Shown here one piece after another: positions 41,477-51,505 of a DNA stretch of 64,000 bases. The position numbers and the translations under genes are program-made. The DNA comes from a virus (Duplodnaviria; Caudoviricetes), in IMG/VR virus record IMGVR_UViG_3300035515_000417, positions 1-64,000 of that record; one strand, given 5' to 3'. Position 1 is the first letter of the stretch. Each line of letters starts with the position of its first letter. The notes beneath the pieces are model-generated. The model did no database searches and was not told the origin of the DNA. It was given only the letters and a program-made list of their open reading frames with translations.

Positions 41477-43099
41477 ATGGACTTGACAAATAGAAAAATA
41501 GATAAGCTTACAATAGTAAAGAGTTTAGGAAATAACAGATGGAAATGCATGTGTGAGTGTGGAAATGAATACATAGCACTCACACATAACCTACTAAATA
41601 ATAAAACCCTTAAACAATGTGATAAATGTTACCACAAGAGTAGAGTAAAGGATATGACAGGAAAGATTTGTGGTAACTGGAAAGTGATTGAATATGATAC
41701 AAAAGGAAAATGGAAATGCCAGTGTTTAAATTGTGGAAGGACAGAGTTAGTAATAGGATACAATTTAAGGTCTGGGCATACAAAATCATGTGGGTGTAAT
41801 CGATTAATTGATTTGAAAGGCAGAGAAATTGGTGAGTGGAAAGTTGAGGAATATGTGGGAAACAGCAGGTGGAAATGTAAATGTTCCTGTGGTACAGAAA
41901 AGGTAATACATAGTTATGAATTGAGGAATGGTGAGACAAAGTCATGTGGTTGTAAAAAGTGGCAGTTTGAAAGAGAAACAATGCTTGATAGATATAATGA
42001 ATTGACAGTAATAAAATCTGATAGTAAGAGAACAAAAGAGCAGATAAGTGCAGTATATAGTAAAGATAACTTAGAAGAATTTATAAAGAGCCAATTCAAT
42101 TATAAACCAACTACTTATGAATTGTCAAGAGCACTTGGAATAAATATAGCGAACACACTTAAGAAATTACACAAGTTTAAGTGTGAGGAACTAGTTGATA
42201 TTGATTCAAGGCATTCAAAAATAGAGACAGAAATAGTGGAATACCTAAGAGGAATAACTGATACAGAAATAATATTAGGTGACAGAGAAGAGTTAGATAG
42301 TAAAGAAATAGACATATACTTGCCAGAAAAGAAATTTGCAATAGAGGTAAATGGAATACTCTGGCATAGTAACATATATAAAGATAGTAAATATCATCAA
42401 GATAAAGTGATAAATGCAGGTAAAAAAGGAATACACCTAATACATATATTTGAGCATGAGTGGTGTTTAGATGAGCAGAGAGATAAAATTAAGAATTTAC
42501 TATATAACACCCTCACCCAAGAGCAAGAGACAGTAACATCAAGTTCAGATAGCTTGATAGAAAATATATCAGATACAGAATACAATAAATTCCGAACACT
42601 ATACAGAACAGATGATGTACGAGGAATAAAAGACACAGAGAAACTTGCAATAAGAATTAAAGATGCATGTGACGGAGACATGTATAGAACAGTAGCAATT
42701 TTAAGTATACTTAAGATAGATAAACCAAACAAAGTAATAATTCCGGACATAACTTGGAAAGATAACATAGTGAATTGTGAGATACTAAAGAACGTATACA
42801 GAAGGTACAATGTAGATACAATAGAAATTCATATAGATTTATCAAAATACAGTTTGGAACCATATATAAAGAATAGGAATTTTACAAAAGCAACAATATT
42901 ATCACCAAGATATCAATGGATAAATAAATATACATTTGATTATATGTCAGATGAGCAAGCAAAATTAATGATAAACAGTAGTAATATAAAGAATAAGAAT
43001 GAGGATGAAATAATGACATCTTTAAACTACCTGAAAGTTTATGATGCAGGCTCAATAAGTTTGGAATATGACGTGAGGGAAAATGAAACCAAAGTTTGA
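41477..43099 (+). CDS. Hef-like homing endonuclease (zinc-ribbon repeats, DUF559-like PD-(D/E)xK domain, degenerate C-terminal domain)
   Basis: Three WKC.C.CG repeats; EIDIYLPEKKFAIEVNGILWHS; IHLIHIFEHEW; YLKVYDAG. Confidence 0.75.
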   Translation: MDLTNRKIDKLTIVKSLGNNRWKCMCECGNEYIALTHNLLNNKTLKQCDKCYHKSRVKDMTGKICGNWKVIEYDTKGKWKCQCLNCGRTELVIGYNLRSGHTKSCGCNRLIDLKGREIGEWKVEEYVGNSRWKCKCSCGTEKVIHSYELRNGETKSCGCKKWQFERETMLDRYNELTVIKSDSKRTKEQISAVYSKDNLEEFIKSQFNYKPTTYELSRALGINIANTLKKLHKFKCEELVDIDSRHSKIETEIVEYLRGITDTEIILGDREELDSKEIDIYLPEKKFAIEVNGILWHSNIYKDSKYHQDKVINAGKKGIHLIHIFEHEWCLDEQRDKIKNLLYNTLTQEQETVTSSSDSLIENISDTEYNKFRTLYRTDDVRGIKDTEKLAIRIKDACDGDMYRTVAILSILKIDKPNKVIIPDITWKDNIVNCEILKNVYRRYNVDTIEIHIDLSKYSLEPYIKNRNFTKATILSPRYQWINKYTFDYMSDEQAKLMINSSNIKNKNEDEIMTSLNYLKVYDAGSISLEYDVRENETKV

Positions 43100-44483
43100 T
43101 TTAGAGGATATGCAGATAGGATGTGTACATGTAGACAGTTATGATACAAAGAGTTTGTGGAATTGTACATGTAAATGTGGAAAGAAAATAAAAGTAAAGA
43201 CATTTAATTTAAAAGAGGCAATCAGACTAAATAAGAATTATGCATGTGAAGAATGTAGTGCAGAGTTAAGAAGAAATGATATTACAGGTAAACAGATAAA
43301 TGACTGGAAAATAATAGAATACGTAGGTGATGGATTTTACAAATGTCAGTGTAAGTGTGGTAAGGTATACAATATAAAAGGTAAGACAATCAAGAGTGGT
43401 AAATCAAAGTCATGTAGGGATTGTGGTTGTAAGAAAATGATACAGACCAGACTTGATAGATATGATGATATAGCTACCAATGTAAAGGAAAGGCGTACAG
43501 AGGAACAAGTAATAGCCTGTAGTAGTTCAGAGGATATGAGAGAGTTTATACTAAATAACTTTAATCATAAACCAAAAGCATTAGAAATATCAAGATTGTT
43601 AGGAATTTCAGAGTGTATGGCATTAAGAAAAATACACAAATTTGGTTTAGATGGATATATAGAGATAGATACTGGTTCAGTAATAGAAAGTGATGTGGTC
43701 AATTATATAAAAAGTATATACAATGGTAATATAATTGAGAGAGATAGAAAAGTATTGAGTGGTTCAGAGTTAGATATTTATATACCTGACAAAAATTTAG
43801 CTATAGAAGTAAATGGTGATTATTGGCATAGTAATATTTTTAAAAATACATATTATCACCAAATAAAATCACTGAAATGTTTAGAGGAACACATTCATCT
43901 GATACATATATTTGAGTATGAGTGGAAAAATAAGAATAAGAGGGATAAATTAGAAAGTTATATAGAGACAAAGCTGAGTGATAGTAATACATTAATAGAT
44001 ATAAATGACACACTAATAAAAGAAATAAACACTGATGAATTAAATAACTTTAGAAATAAATACGACATACATGAGTATCAAATACCAGATACAAGTATGA
44101 ATATAGGATGCTATTACAGTAATGAGTTAATAGGAATAATGACATTTAACAAAATAGATTCAACTAATAGGACCAGGTATAAAATACTTGCAAATTGTTG
44201 GAAACCACATATAGAAGTAAAGGCTGGACAGAGTAAATTATTTGAATACTTAACAAGAGAATATAGACCATCCTCAATAGTAGTTTATGTGGACTTAGCA
44301 AAGTTTACTGGAAACTCATATGTAGATGAATTAGGATTTAGAGAGATAGAGATAACAGAGCCAAATTACATATGGCTGAATAATCAGACATATGAAATAA
44401 TAGAGGATAATGAGATAAATAATGGATACTTAAAAATTTATAACTCAGGCAATCTAAAGTTAGAGTGGAAAGATAAAAAGTAG
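43083..44483 (+). CDS. Hef-like homing endonuclease, paralog 2
   Basis: ELDIYIPDKNLAIEVNGDYWHS; IHLIHIFEYEW; ELIGIMTF; SKLF...SIVVYVD; PNYIW; YLKIYNSG. Confidence 0.8.
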   Translation: MKPKFDLEDMQIGCVHVDSYDTKSLWNCTCKCGKKIKVKTFNLKEAIRLNKNYACEECSAELRRNDITGKQINDWKIIEYVGDGFYKCQCKCGKVYNIKGKTIKSGKSKSCRDCGCKKMIQTRLDRYDDIATNVKERRTEEQVIACSSSEDMREFILNNFNHKPKALEISRLLGISECMALRKIHKFGLDGYIEIDTGSVIESDVVNYIKSIYNGNIIERDRKVLSGSELDIYIPDKNLAIEVNGDYWHSNIFKNTYYHQIKSLKCLEEHIHLIHIFEYEWKNKNKRDKLESYIETKLSDSNTLIDINDTLIKEINTDELNNFRNKYDIHEYQIPDTSMNIGCYYSNELIGIMTFNKIDSTNRTRYKILANCWKPHIEVKAGQSKLFEYLTREYRPSSIVVYVDLAKFTGNSYVDELGFREIEITEPNYIWLNNQTYEIIEDNEINNGYLKIYNSGNLKLEWKDKK

Positions 44484-44508
44484 TCTAGTAGAGAAAGGAG
44501 TAAGGGTA

Positions 44509-46395
44509 ATGGATTTTTCAAGAGGCATAGCAAATATGACAGACATAAGTCTTGGTGGTGTAGAAATAGCCACAGATTTTTTATCAAATCCTGATTTATA
44601 TGAGCCAGAACTCACTGAAGTAAAGGCAGTCATATCAAAGAAAGATCCTAAACTTATAAGAAAAGGACCAAAGCCTATAAAGCCAAAAAAGACAAGGGAA
44701 AGTATAATGAGCAAGTTCAGTTTGGTACCACATGAAAAAGTAACAGTACAGACTGATGAATATGTCGTAAATGATTTGGACATAGAGCAAGTAAATTTAG
44801 GGGTGGATGATGATTTTAATTTTGATGACTTTGATGATTTAATAGAGAAAGAAAAAGAAATTGAACCAGCAAAGGTAAAAGAGTTAAGTTCAGAGGAGGA
44901 TACAAGGAACTCAATAATGCTTGCTATAATGCAGGCTCAACAGAACAGCACTTCAGAGGAAGAGGAAACACCAGAGGAGGAAGAAAATCAGCAGCTCAGT
45001 AATGAGATAGACAATATATTTACAGATAATGTCTTTGAGGATGAAGATGAGCAATATGACGAACCAGATGAAACACCAGAGGAGGAAGATGAGTCAGAAG
45101 AAAATATATTTGATGACATATTAGACGAAGCAGATAAGATAGAGGATAAGAAACCAGAAACAATCCAAAAAGAGCCAGTGCAGGAAGTAAAAGAGGAAAC
45201 TAAATCAGACGAGGATGACTTTGGAATAGACATGAGTAGCTTATTTGAGGATGAGGAAGACCCTGATGATTATGATGAGGACCAAGATGATTATGATGAA
45301 GACCAAGATGATTATGATGAAGACCCAGATATAGAAGAAAATATCAAACCAGAACAAAAACCTTTACCAGAGATCAAAAAGGTGGAGCCAGTAAAACAGG
45401 AAAGAACAGTTGAGGATGAACTGGATAACATATTAGGTGATGACGAAGACCCTGATGAAGAAGAGGATGAACTGGAAAATGGTTTAGATAGTTTGTTTGA
45501 TGATGACTCTGACGATGACGAGTATGATGATGACAATGGGTCAATAAGCATACCACCACAATCAAAAGTTGAGACAGTAAAAGTTGAAAAGACAGTTCCG
45601 ACAGTAAATACTCAACCAGTTAAAACTCCAGTCACAGACGAGGAAGAGTCAGACAATGAGGATGATTTCAATAGTTTGTTTGATAGCGAGGATATGCAAG
45701 GATTATTTGATGATGGTGACCCTGATGAAGAAGGACTAGAAGATGAGATAGAAATACCAACAGAAGTTCCTAAATATACACCACCTCAAAAGGTAAATAC
45801 ACCAACTAGTTCACAATCAACACCAGTTACACAGCCACCAGTTCAACAGACACCACAGTCACAGATTGTACAACCAGTAACAGATATACTACAAGAGAAA
45901 GATAAAGAAATAGCAGAGTATAAAGCACAACAGGCAGTAATGCAAAAACAAATGCTAGATATGCAGAAAATGATGCTTGAGATGCAGAAACAAATGCTTA
46001 GTAATAAACAAGAGGGTTCTGTAAAAGATGCAGTTGATTTAGAGGGTAAATATAAAGAAAATATTAATAGACCTAAAAAAGATGTTAATATTGAAACTAG
46101 TGAGAAAATTGCTAGAGCAAAGAAATTAAAAGAAGAATCTGTTAAAAAAGTAGCAAAAGCAGTTGCAGTTAAAGAGGAGGCAAAACCAAAGATAGATAAC
46201 ATAGCAAGATATAATGAGATGCCAGTTGAAAAATTATATGCAGAGGTAAGAAGCACCATGACAAAGTTAGGTGTAAATAAGAAACTTGTGGATATAAATA
46301 CATTAAATGAAAAATTCGGCGAGGCAAATATAAGGAAACTCATTCAAAAAAGTTATCTTATCAAGATTGGTAAAAATATAACTGCTGCAAAATAG
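44509..46395 (+). CDS. Acidic disordered protein with Gln-rich coiled coil and putative C-terminal winged helix
   Basis: Long D/E tract with DxLF motifs, PQ-rich segment, QMLxMQ coil, compact C-terminal helical domain. Confidence 0.75.
   Translation: MDFSRGIANMTDISLGGVEIATDFLSNPDLYEPELTEVKAVISKKDPKLIRKGPKPIKPKKTRESIMSKFSLVPHEKVTVQTDEYVVNDLDIEQVNLGVDDDFNFDDFDDLIEKEKEIEPAKVKELSSEEDTRNSIMLAIMQAQQNSTSEEEETPEEEENQQLSNEIDNIFTDNVFEDEDEQYDEPDETPEEEDESEENIFDDILDEADKIEDKKPETIQKEPVQEVKEETKSDEDDFGIDMSSLFEDEEDPDDYDEDQDDYDEDQDDYDEDPDIEENIKPEQKPLPEIKKVEPVKQERTVEDELDNILGDDEDPDEEEDELENGLDSLFDDDSDDDEYDDDNGSISIPPQSKVETVKVEKTVPTVNTQPVKTPVTDEEESDNEDDFNSLFDSEDMQGLFDDGDPDEEGLEDEIEIPTEVPKYTPPQKVNTPTSSQSTPVTQPPVQQTPQSQIVQPVTDILQEKDKEIAEYKAQQAVMQKQMLDMQKMMLEMQKQMLSNKQEGSVKDAVDLEGKYKENINRPKKDVNIETSEKIARAKKLKEESVKKVAKAVAVKEEAKPKIDNIARYNEMPVEKLYAEVRSTMTKLGVNKKLVDINTLNEKFGEANIRKLIQKSYLIKIGKNITAAK
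45265..45327 (+). repeat. 3 x 21-bp tandem repeat (DDYDEDQ)
   Basis: gatgattatgatgaRgaccMa at 45265, 45286 and 45307. Confidence 0.9.
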
Positions 46396-46425
46396 AGAAT
46401 AGGAAAGGAAGGTACAGTTAGTACA

Positions 46426-48699
46426 ATGAAAAAGAAAAAGGCACTAAAACTTATAGCATTGGTAACTGCAATGAGTTTATTAGGTACTGGATGTGGTTCA
46501 GTAGTTGGTGAAGATGTAGCTTCATACCAATTGGACTCACCACTTACAAGACAAGAGGTAATTGATTATTATGCAAAGGCATTAGACTATGATGCAGTAA
46601 TATCAAAGAATGTAACAGTACATGAAACTGAATATGTCACTCAAGATATAGAGGGAGAAAAGGCAGAAAGACTTAAATCATTGACAGAACAATGTGAAGC
46701 AATATTAGGTCAAAAGACTTATGAACTTACAGAGGATACAAAGAAGCTGGTATCCGAGGATACATTTAACTATATTAAGGTTACACTTGATAATGATACT
46801 TTGAGCAATGGTAAAATTCAGAGTATCACAGGTGCATTAGGATATTACTTTGTAGATGTAACATATGATGTAAGCCCAAGTGTGATAGGTCAGTTTAATA
46901 GCTTAGCAAGTTTCTCAGGAATAAATGGTATATACTATAGTCATTATGATGGTTCATATTCATTAGATGATTCATACGTTGAGTATATAGTAGAAAAGCT
47001 TAATGATTATTTTAATGAGAATAAGATATTAAAGAATGCTGTTTATAATGATGAGTCAAAGTTGTTTGAGATACAAGAGGGTGTCAAGCCAGATGTCAAG
47101 ACTAAAACAGTTGAAAATGTGTCCAACTTAACATCGGATGGTGATAACTATGAGGATGATTGGTTCACAGATGATTATACAACAACTACATCAGATGATA
47201 CTGAATACTTTGAGGGTGATGATGAGGTACTTAATCTTCCTGGTGATAGCAATGAAGATACAGAGGTGTCCACATTAGAGAATACAGAGCAGACAGATGA
47301 TACATTTGGTGGAAATGATTCAGCATCGGACTTAGATTTCTTAGTAGATAATGAGTCAGGTGATACAGATGATACCACTTCAACAACTTCATCAGATGCA
47401 AGTACAAGCAGTGAGAGTGGTTATAAATCATTAAAGAACACAGATTCCAACACAGATGCAATAGACCCAAGCAGACAGGTACAGTTTGATGCAGCTTTAG
47501 TAAATAAGGTAGCTGGTAGTTCAGTAAGACAGAGAGCTACAATACCAGATTTAGCCACAATATACTCAATACCAGAGCCACAGGGTGAAATAAGTGGATA
47601 CGGTATAGCAAATAGTGGTGGTGATGGAGTAAAGTACTTTGGATTGGACAGAGCAAATATGCAGGGTACAGCCACTTTGAGATATGTGTTTAAAGATGAT
47701 GTAAATGGAACAGGTGATATACTTGGTACTAACATTTACATGACAGAGGAAAACATTACAAATGGTATTACATCTTCAGATAATACAGTATTGTTACCAG
47801 AGTTCTTAAAGACGGAACTTGAGAAAGTGGTAGAAAGAGCAGACAGAGTAAATGCCAACTGTGACTTAGCGGGTATGTTAAGTGGTAGTATGTATCAGGA
47901 TTTAGGCGTTGGTGTCTTAAGAAGTTTTAAAGACCAGTCAACTGGTGTAAATAAATACATGTCAACTATAAGACAGATAATTGAAAGAAACACAACCTAT
48001 AATGTTTATTTACTTGAACTTGAGACAACTACGATAGAGGGACCAAGAGATGTTGATTGCTATGGTACTTACAAAGATAAAGGATACATGGTAATTCAGC
48101 AGCAAGGAAATGAATTTGTTATCATGGATTATATAAGAATAAGCAGGTCAATGATTAGTGAGCCACCTATTAATCCAGATTCTACAATTCAAAAGAGACT
48201 AGTAGCACTTAACTTAGCAGGTGAAATTCCAGAGGATAGTAAGGAAGAAATAACAAGCTTGATGAGTGACCTTTATACAGCTGGTACAAATAGATTGTTA
48301 AGAGGTCCAAAGGATATAACAGTTAAGGGTGAAACAATAACACTTGAGAAAGGTTTGTATGACTGTTTCCAAGATGACTCAGACATATTATCAACTACAG
48401 AACTTGAATATACAATGAGTAAGTTAACAAATGCATTAATTAAGCATGGTGCAGATGTAAGTTCAGTATATAGCGGTATAATATCTACATGGAATGGTGG
48501 ATATGATAATCAGGCAGAGTTCACTACGGAAGAGTTGATAACATATAATGGTAGAGATGATGCCTATTACATGGAAGTTTACTACTTAGTATCTAAGTTA
48601 AATGATAAGTGGGTAATTGATGAAAGAACAATCCTTGACGAGGAAGAAATCACAAATGCAGTAGATATACAGACTATCAAGGAAAGAGTTGGACAGTAA
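46426..48699 (+). CDS. Large lipoprotein, possibly with NTF2-like (TcpC/VirB8-like) domains
   Basis: Lipobox LGTG-C23; helix plus beta-strand modules ending in WVIDER / FVIMDY-like strands; acidic S/T/D linker. Fold call is weak inference. Confidence 0.65.
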   Translation: MKKKKALKLIALVTAMSLLGTGCGSVVGEDVASYQLDSPLTRQEVIDYYAKALDYDAVISKNVTVHETEYVTQDIEGEKAERLKSLTEQCEAILGQKTYELTEDTKKLVSEDTFNYIKVTLDNDTLSNGKIQSITGALGYYFVDVTYDVSPSVIGQFNSLASFSGINGIYYSHYDGSYSLDDSYVEYIVEKLNDYFNENKILKNAVYNDESKLFEIQEGVKPDVKTKTVENVSNLTSDGDNYEDDWFTDDYTTTTSDDTEYFEGDDEVLNLPGDSNEDTEVSTLENTEQTDDTFGGNDSASDLDFLVDNESGDTDDTTSTTSSDASTSSESGYKSLKNTDSNTDAIDPSRQVQFDAALVNKVAGSSVRQRATIPDLATIYSIPEPQGEISGYGIANSGGDGVKYFGLDRANMQGTATLRYVFKDDVNGTGDILGTNIYMTEENITNGITSSDNTVLLPEFLKTELEKVVERADRVNANCDLAGMLSGSMYQDLGVGVLRSFKDQSTGVNKYMSTIRQIIERNTTYNVYLLELETTTIEGPRDVDCYGTYKDKGYMVIQQQGNEFVIMDYIRISRSMISEPPINPDSTIQKRLVALNLAGEIPEDSKEEITSLMSDLYTAGTNRLLRGPKDITVKGETITLEKGLYDCFQDDSDILSTTELEYTMSKLTNALIKHGADVSSVYSGIISTWNGGYDNQAEFTTEELITYNGRDDAYYMEVYYLVSKLNDKWVIDERTILDEEEITNAVDIQTIKERVGQ

Positions 48700-48767
48700 A
48701 TCAGAGTGAAAGCTCAAGAAAAATTAAAATAGCTTACAAGAGCCTCCTTAGTTCAATGTTATAGTGG

Positions 48768-48797
48768 AAGGGCTTCCAGTAAAATGGAAGTCCTTTT
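48768..48797 (+). terminator. Rho-independent terminator
   Basis: AAGGGCTTCCA-6 nt-TGGAAGTCCTT-TT. Confidence 0.8.
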
Positions 48798-48821
48798 ACA
48801 TTTTAAGGATACTAAGAAAAT

Positions 48822-48846
48822 AGCATAAATATATAAGAGGTATATT
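48822..48846 (+). promoter_or_regulatory. AGCA-N15-TATATT promoter-like motif upstream of the SNF2 helicase
   Basis: AGCA 48822-48825, GG-TATATT 48841-48846. Confidence 0.5.
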
Positions 48847-48922
48847 TTTATTTATTTAATTAAATTTTGGTTAAAAGTATGTGTAACAGTGAGAAATTTA
48901 AGTAAGAAAGGAAGAAAAATAA

Positions 48923-50554
48923 ATGGCAGTGAGAAACCCTACAATGTGGCATGATATGTACATTGGACAAATGAGTGAGCCACAGGCAAAACTTATAATG
49001 CAGACAAGAGAATCCAAGGTGATACCAAACTTAAAGAAAATGATATTTAATTTTCCATATGAGCTAATAACAAAGAGCTTAGAGGAGGAAATAAGTATCA
49101 GAGAGATAATAAAGAGAGACAATATAGATTATACACAGTACATTGGAGAATTAAGAGATTATCAGACAGTAGGAACAGCTTTCATGTATTTAAGTCCAAG
49201 AAGCATAATAGCAGATGGTGTAGGATTGGGAAAAACAGCAGAAACAGCTGCATTGATAAACTATCTTAAGCAAAAGAATGAGATAACACGATTTTTAATG
49301 GCTGTTGAAACCAGTGCAATTGCCCAGACAGTGGCTGAAATAACTAGGTTTACTGGTTTAAGGGTGGTTGCAATGCCATCAGAGGCACCTAAGATTAAGA
49401 AAGTCATTGAGAAAACAGACTGGACAAAGGTGGATGGAATAGTAATAAAGCATAGTACATTAAGAAGTGACCCGTTCAGTAAATGGTTGGCTTTAAACTT
49501 AGACGAGCAGGGAAGGTGTAAGATATTTAATACATTTTTCTTGGATGAGAGTTCAGTAATTAAAAATCAGAATACAAAGATGTTTGATTATACAAAGAAT
49601 ATATGTCATATAGTAGAAAGAGTACATCTGATGAATGCAACTGCATTTGAAACTTCCATAATTGACATATATAACCAATGTGAAATGATGAACGAAGTGT
49701 TGATGCCAAAGAAATGGCGTATAGAACAAGCTTATTGTACATATCAAAATGTAAGTTACTGGACGAAAGATAAAACTACAGGTAAGGCAAAGATAAATTT
49801 CAAGAGGGATAGGTCAGGATACAAGAACCAGAAAGCCTTCAAGGATAGTTTGCAGTTGGTTTACTTTGGAAGATGCAAGAAAGACATAGGAATGGATATA
49901 CCACATGTGTATAAAGTATATGAGGTTGAACCAACAAATGAAATGTCATTGGCTTTGTCAAAAGGTTACAGATATAATGAATTATTAAATTGTCCATCAT
50001 TAATAGATGACCTTAACATATCAATGGATAGACAGAGTGTACCAAAGCTTAACAGACTGTGTGAACTGGTAGAGAATGAATTTGCAGATGAAAGCATAAT
50101 GGTTTATTGTTTCCACATAGAAGCACAGAAAGCCATAGCAGCTGAAATGGAAAAGATAGGAAGGAAACCAGTCATTCTAAATGGTAGTTGTACAGATGAT
50201 GAGAGATTTGAGGCACAGAGAGGATTTAATGAGGGAAAATATGACATAATAATAACCAACATTAAAAAGTCCTTAAATCTCTATGGAGGAAATGTATGTA
50301 TCTTCTATTCAATGGAGACTAACATAGCAAAAATGGAACAGATAAGGGGAAGGATAGATAGAAACGTGGATAATTCAATAAAGACTTTTGTAATGTTGTT
50401 ATACAAAGGTACAGATGAATATAACTTCTTCTCTACTGTAGTATGTCAGAGAGCAAAAGATGCCAGAGACCTTACAATAGATGCAGAAACAGCAGCAGAT
50501 TTCTTTAAACAAGCCTTAGAGGCAGATGAGCTTCAGGAATTAAAAGAAGTTTAG
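48923..50554 (+). CDS. SNF2-family helicase/translocase
   Basis: LRDYQ (Q motif), IADGVGLGKT, FLDESS, PKLNRL, LNL..., EQIRGRIDR. Confidence 0.88.
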   Translation: MAVRNPTMWHDMYIGQMSEPQAKLIMQTRESKVIPNLKKMIFNFPYELITKSLEEEISIREIIKRDNIDYTQYIGELRDYQTVGTAFMYLSPRSIIADGVGLGKTAETAALINYLKQKNEITRFLMAVETSAIAQTVAEITRFTGLRVVAMPSEAPKIKKVIEKTDWTKVDGIVIKHSTLRSDPFSKWLALNLDEQGRCKIFNTFFLDESSVIKNQNTKMFDYTKNICHIVERVHLMNATAFETSIIDIYNQCEMMNEVLMPKKWRIEQAYCTYQNVSYWTKDKTTGKAKINFKRDRSGYKNQKAFKDSLQLVYFGRCKKDIGMDIPHVYKVYEVEPTNEMSLALSKGYRYNELLNCPSLIDDLNISMDRQSVPKLNRLCELVENEFADESIMVYCFHIEAQKAIAAEMEKIGRKPVILNGSCTDDERFEAQRGFNEGKYDIIITNIKKSLNLYGGNVCIFYSMETNIAKMEQIRGRIDRNVDNSIKTFVMLLYKGTDEYNFFSTVVCQRAKDARDLTIDAETAADFFKQALEADELQELKEV

Positions 50555-50665
50555 ATTTAAAGAATAGATACAAACTTAAAATAATAATTTCTATTTTTTA
50601 GGCATTAGATTAATAGGGAATTAAATTTTTAAGAAAATAAAAAGAAAGAAAGGAAATTAAAGGAC

Positions 50666-51454
50666 ATGAAAAGAAAAGTAATAAGCTTAATAACAATATT
50701 GAGTATCAGTGCTAGTTTATTAGTTGGTTGTGGAAGTGCTACTAATGCGGACGGAACCACAGACATTAGTAAATTAAGTAAATCAGCTTTATTAGAGAAA
50801 TACAATGAGTTAGCAAATAATTACAATGGATTAAGTACACAGTACACTGAAATGTATAATATGTATCAGGCATTGACTACAGAGGAACAGCCAAGTTCAG
50901 CAATATCAGTGGTTGGTGATGGAACAGGTAGATACACCTTTAACTCAGTAGATGCTAAGATGATATTTCCATCAAGTTTCCAATACCCGTCAGCAGAGAC
51001 AATACAGTCAAATGGAAGTATTAACATAGTGCAGAATGTGCAGGTATCACCTGGAAGTAATTGGATATTTAAAATGAATGGAACTACATTGGAACTTGAA
51101 CATACCAGTGGTATATCAGGTACAATTAAAGCTTCAGGTGTTACAACTCAATATGATAAGACACAGTTGAAAGATGAGGTTTTGTCACAGTGGTTTGTAA
51201 ATGTGCCAGATGCAAAACCAGTATATAAGGATATATTTATTGACCAGACAATGTTTGGTGTACAGGCTACGACACCAATTATGATTGATAGTGAAAATGC
51301 ATTTTTAAGGTGTGGAATGCTAGCTTATGGTGATTATGCAATAACTTATGTGTTTGTTTACAGAGGTGAACAAGATGTAACAAAAGATGAGAGCATAACG
51401 AATGTATTAAATACAATAAAGATTATGGGGGCAGAGTTCCAAGTAGAGGACTAG
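50666..51454 (+). CDS. Lipoprotein with short coiled coil
   Basis: Lipobox LLVG-C22; RBS GAAAGGA/AAGGA. Confidence 0.8.
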   Translation: MKRKVISLITILSISASLLVGCGSATNADGTTDISKLSKSALLEKYNELANNYNGLSTQYTEMYNMYQALTTEEQPSSAISVVGDGTGRYTFNSVDAKMIFPSSFQYPSAETIQSNGSINIVQNVQVSPGSNWIFKMNGTTLELEHTSGISGTIKASGVTTQYDKTQLKDEVLSQWFVNVPDAKPVYKDIFIDQTMFGVQATTPIMIDSENAFLRCGMLAYGDYAITYVFVYRGEQDVTKDESITNVLNTIKIMGAEFQVED

Positions 51455-51505
51455 AGAGTTCCAAGTGGTGCAAGAAGATTAAAGGAAAAGGAAAGATAAA
51501 ATAAT

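Noticed and set aside
41482-41514. CTTGACAAATAGAAAA identical to the start of promoter P3 (16217)
   Set aside because: Lies within a CDS and the nearest -10-like hexamer (TACAAT) is 20 bp away
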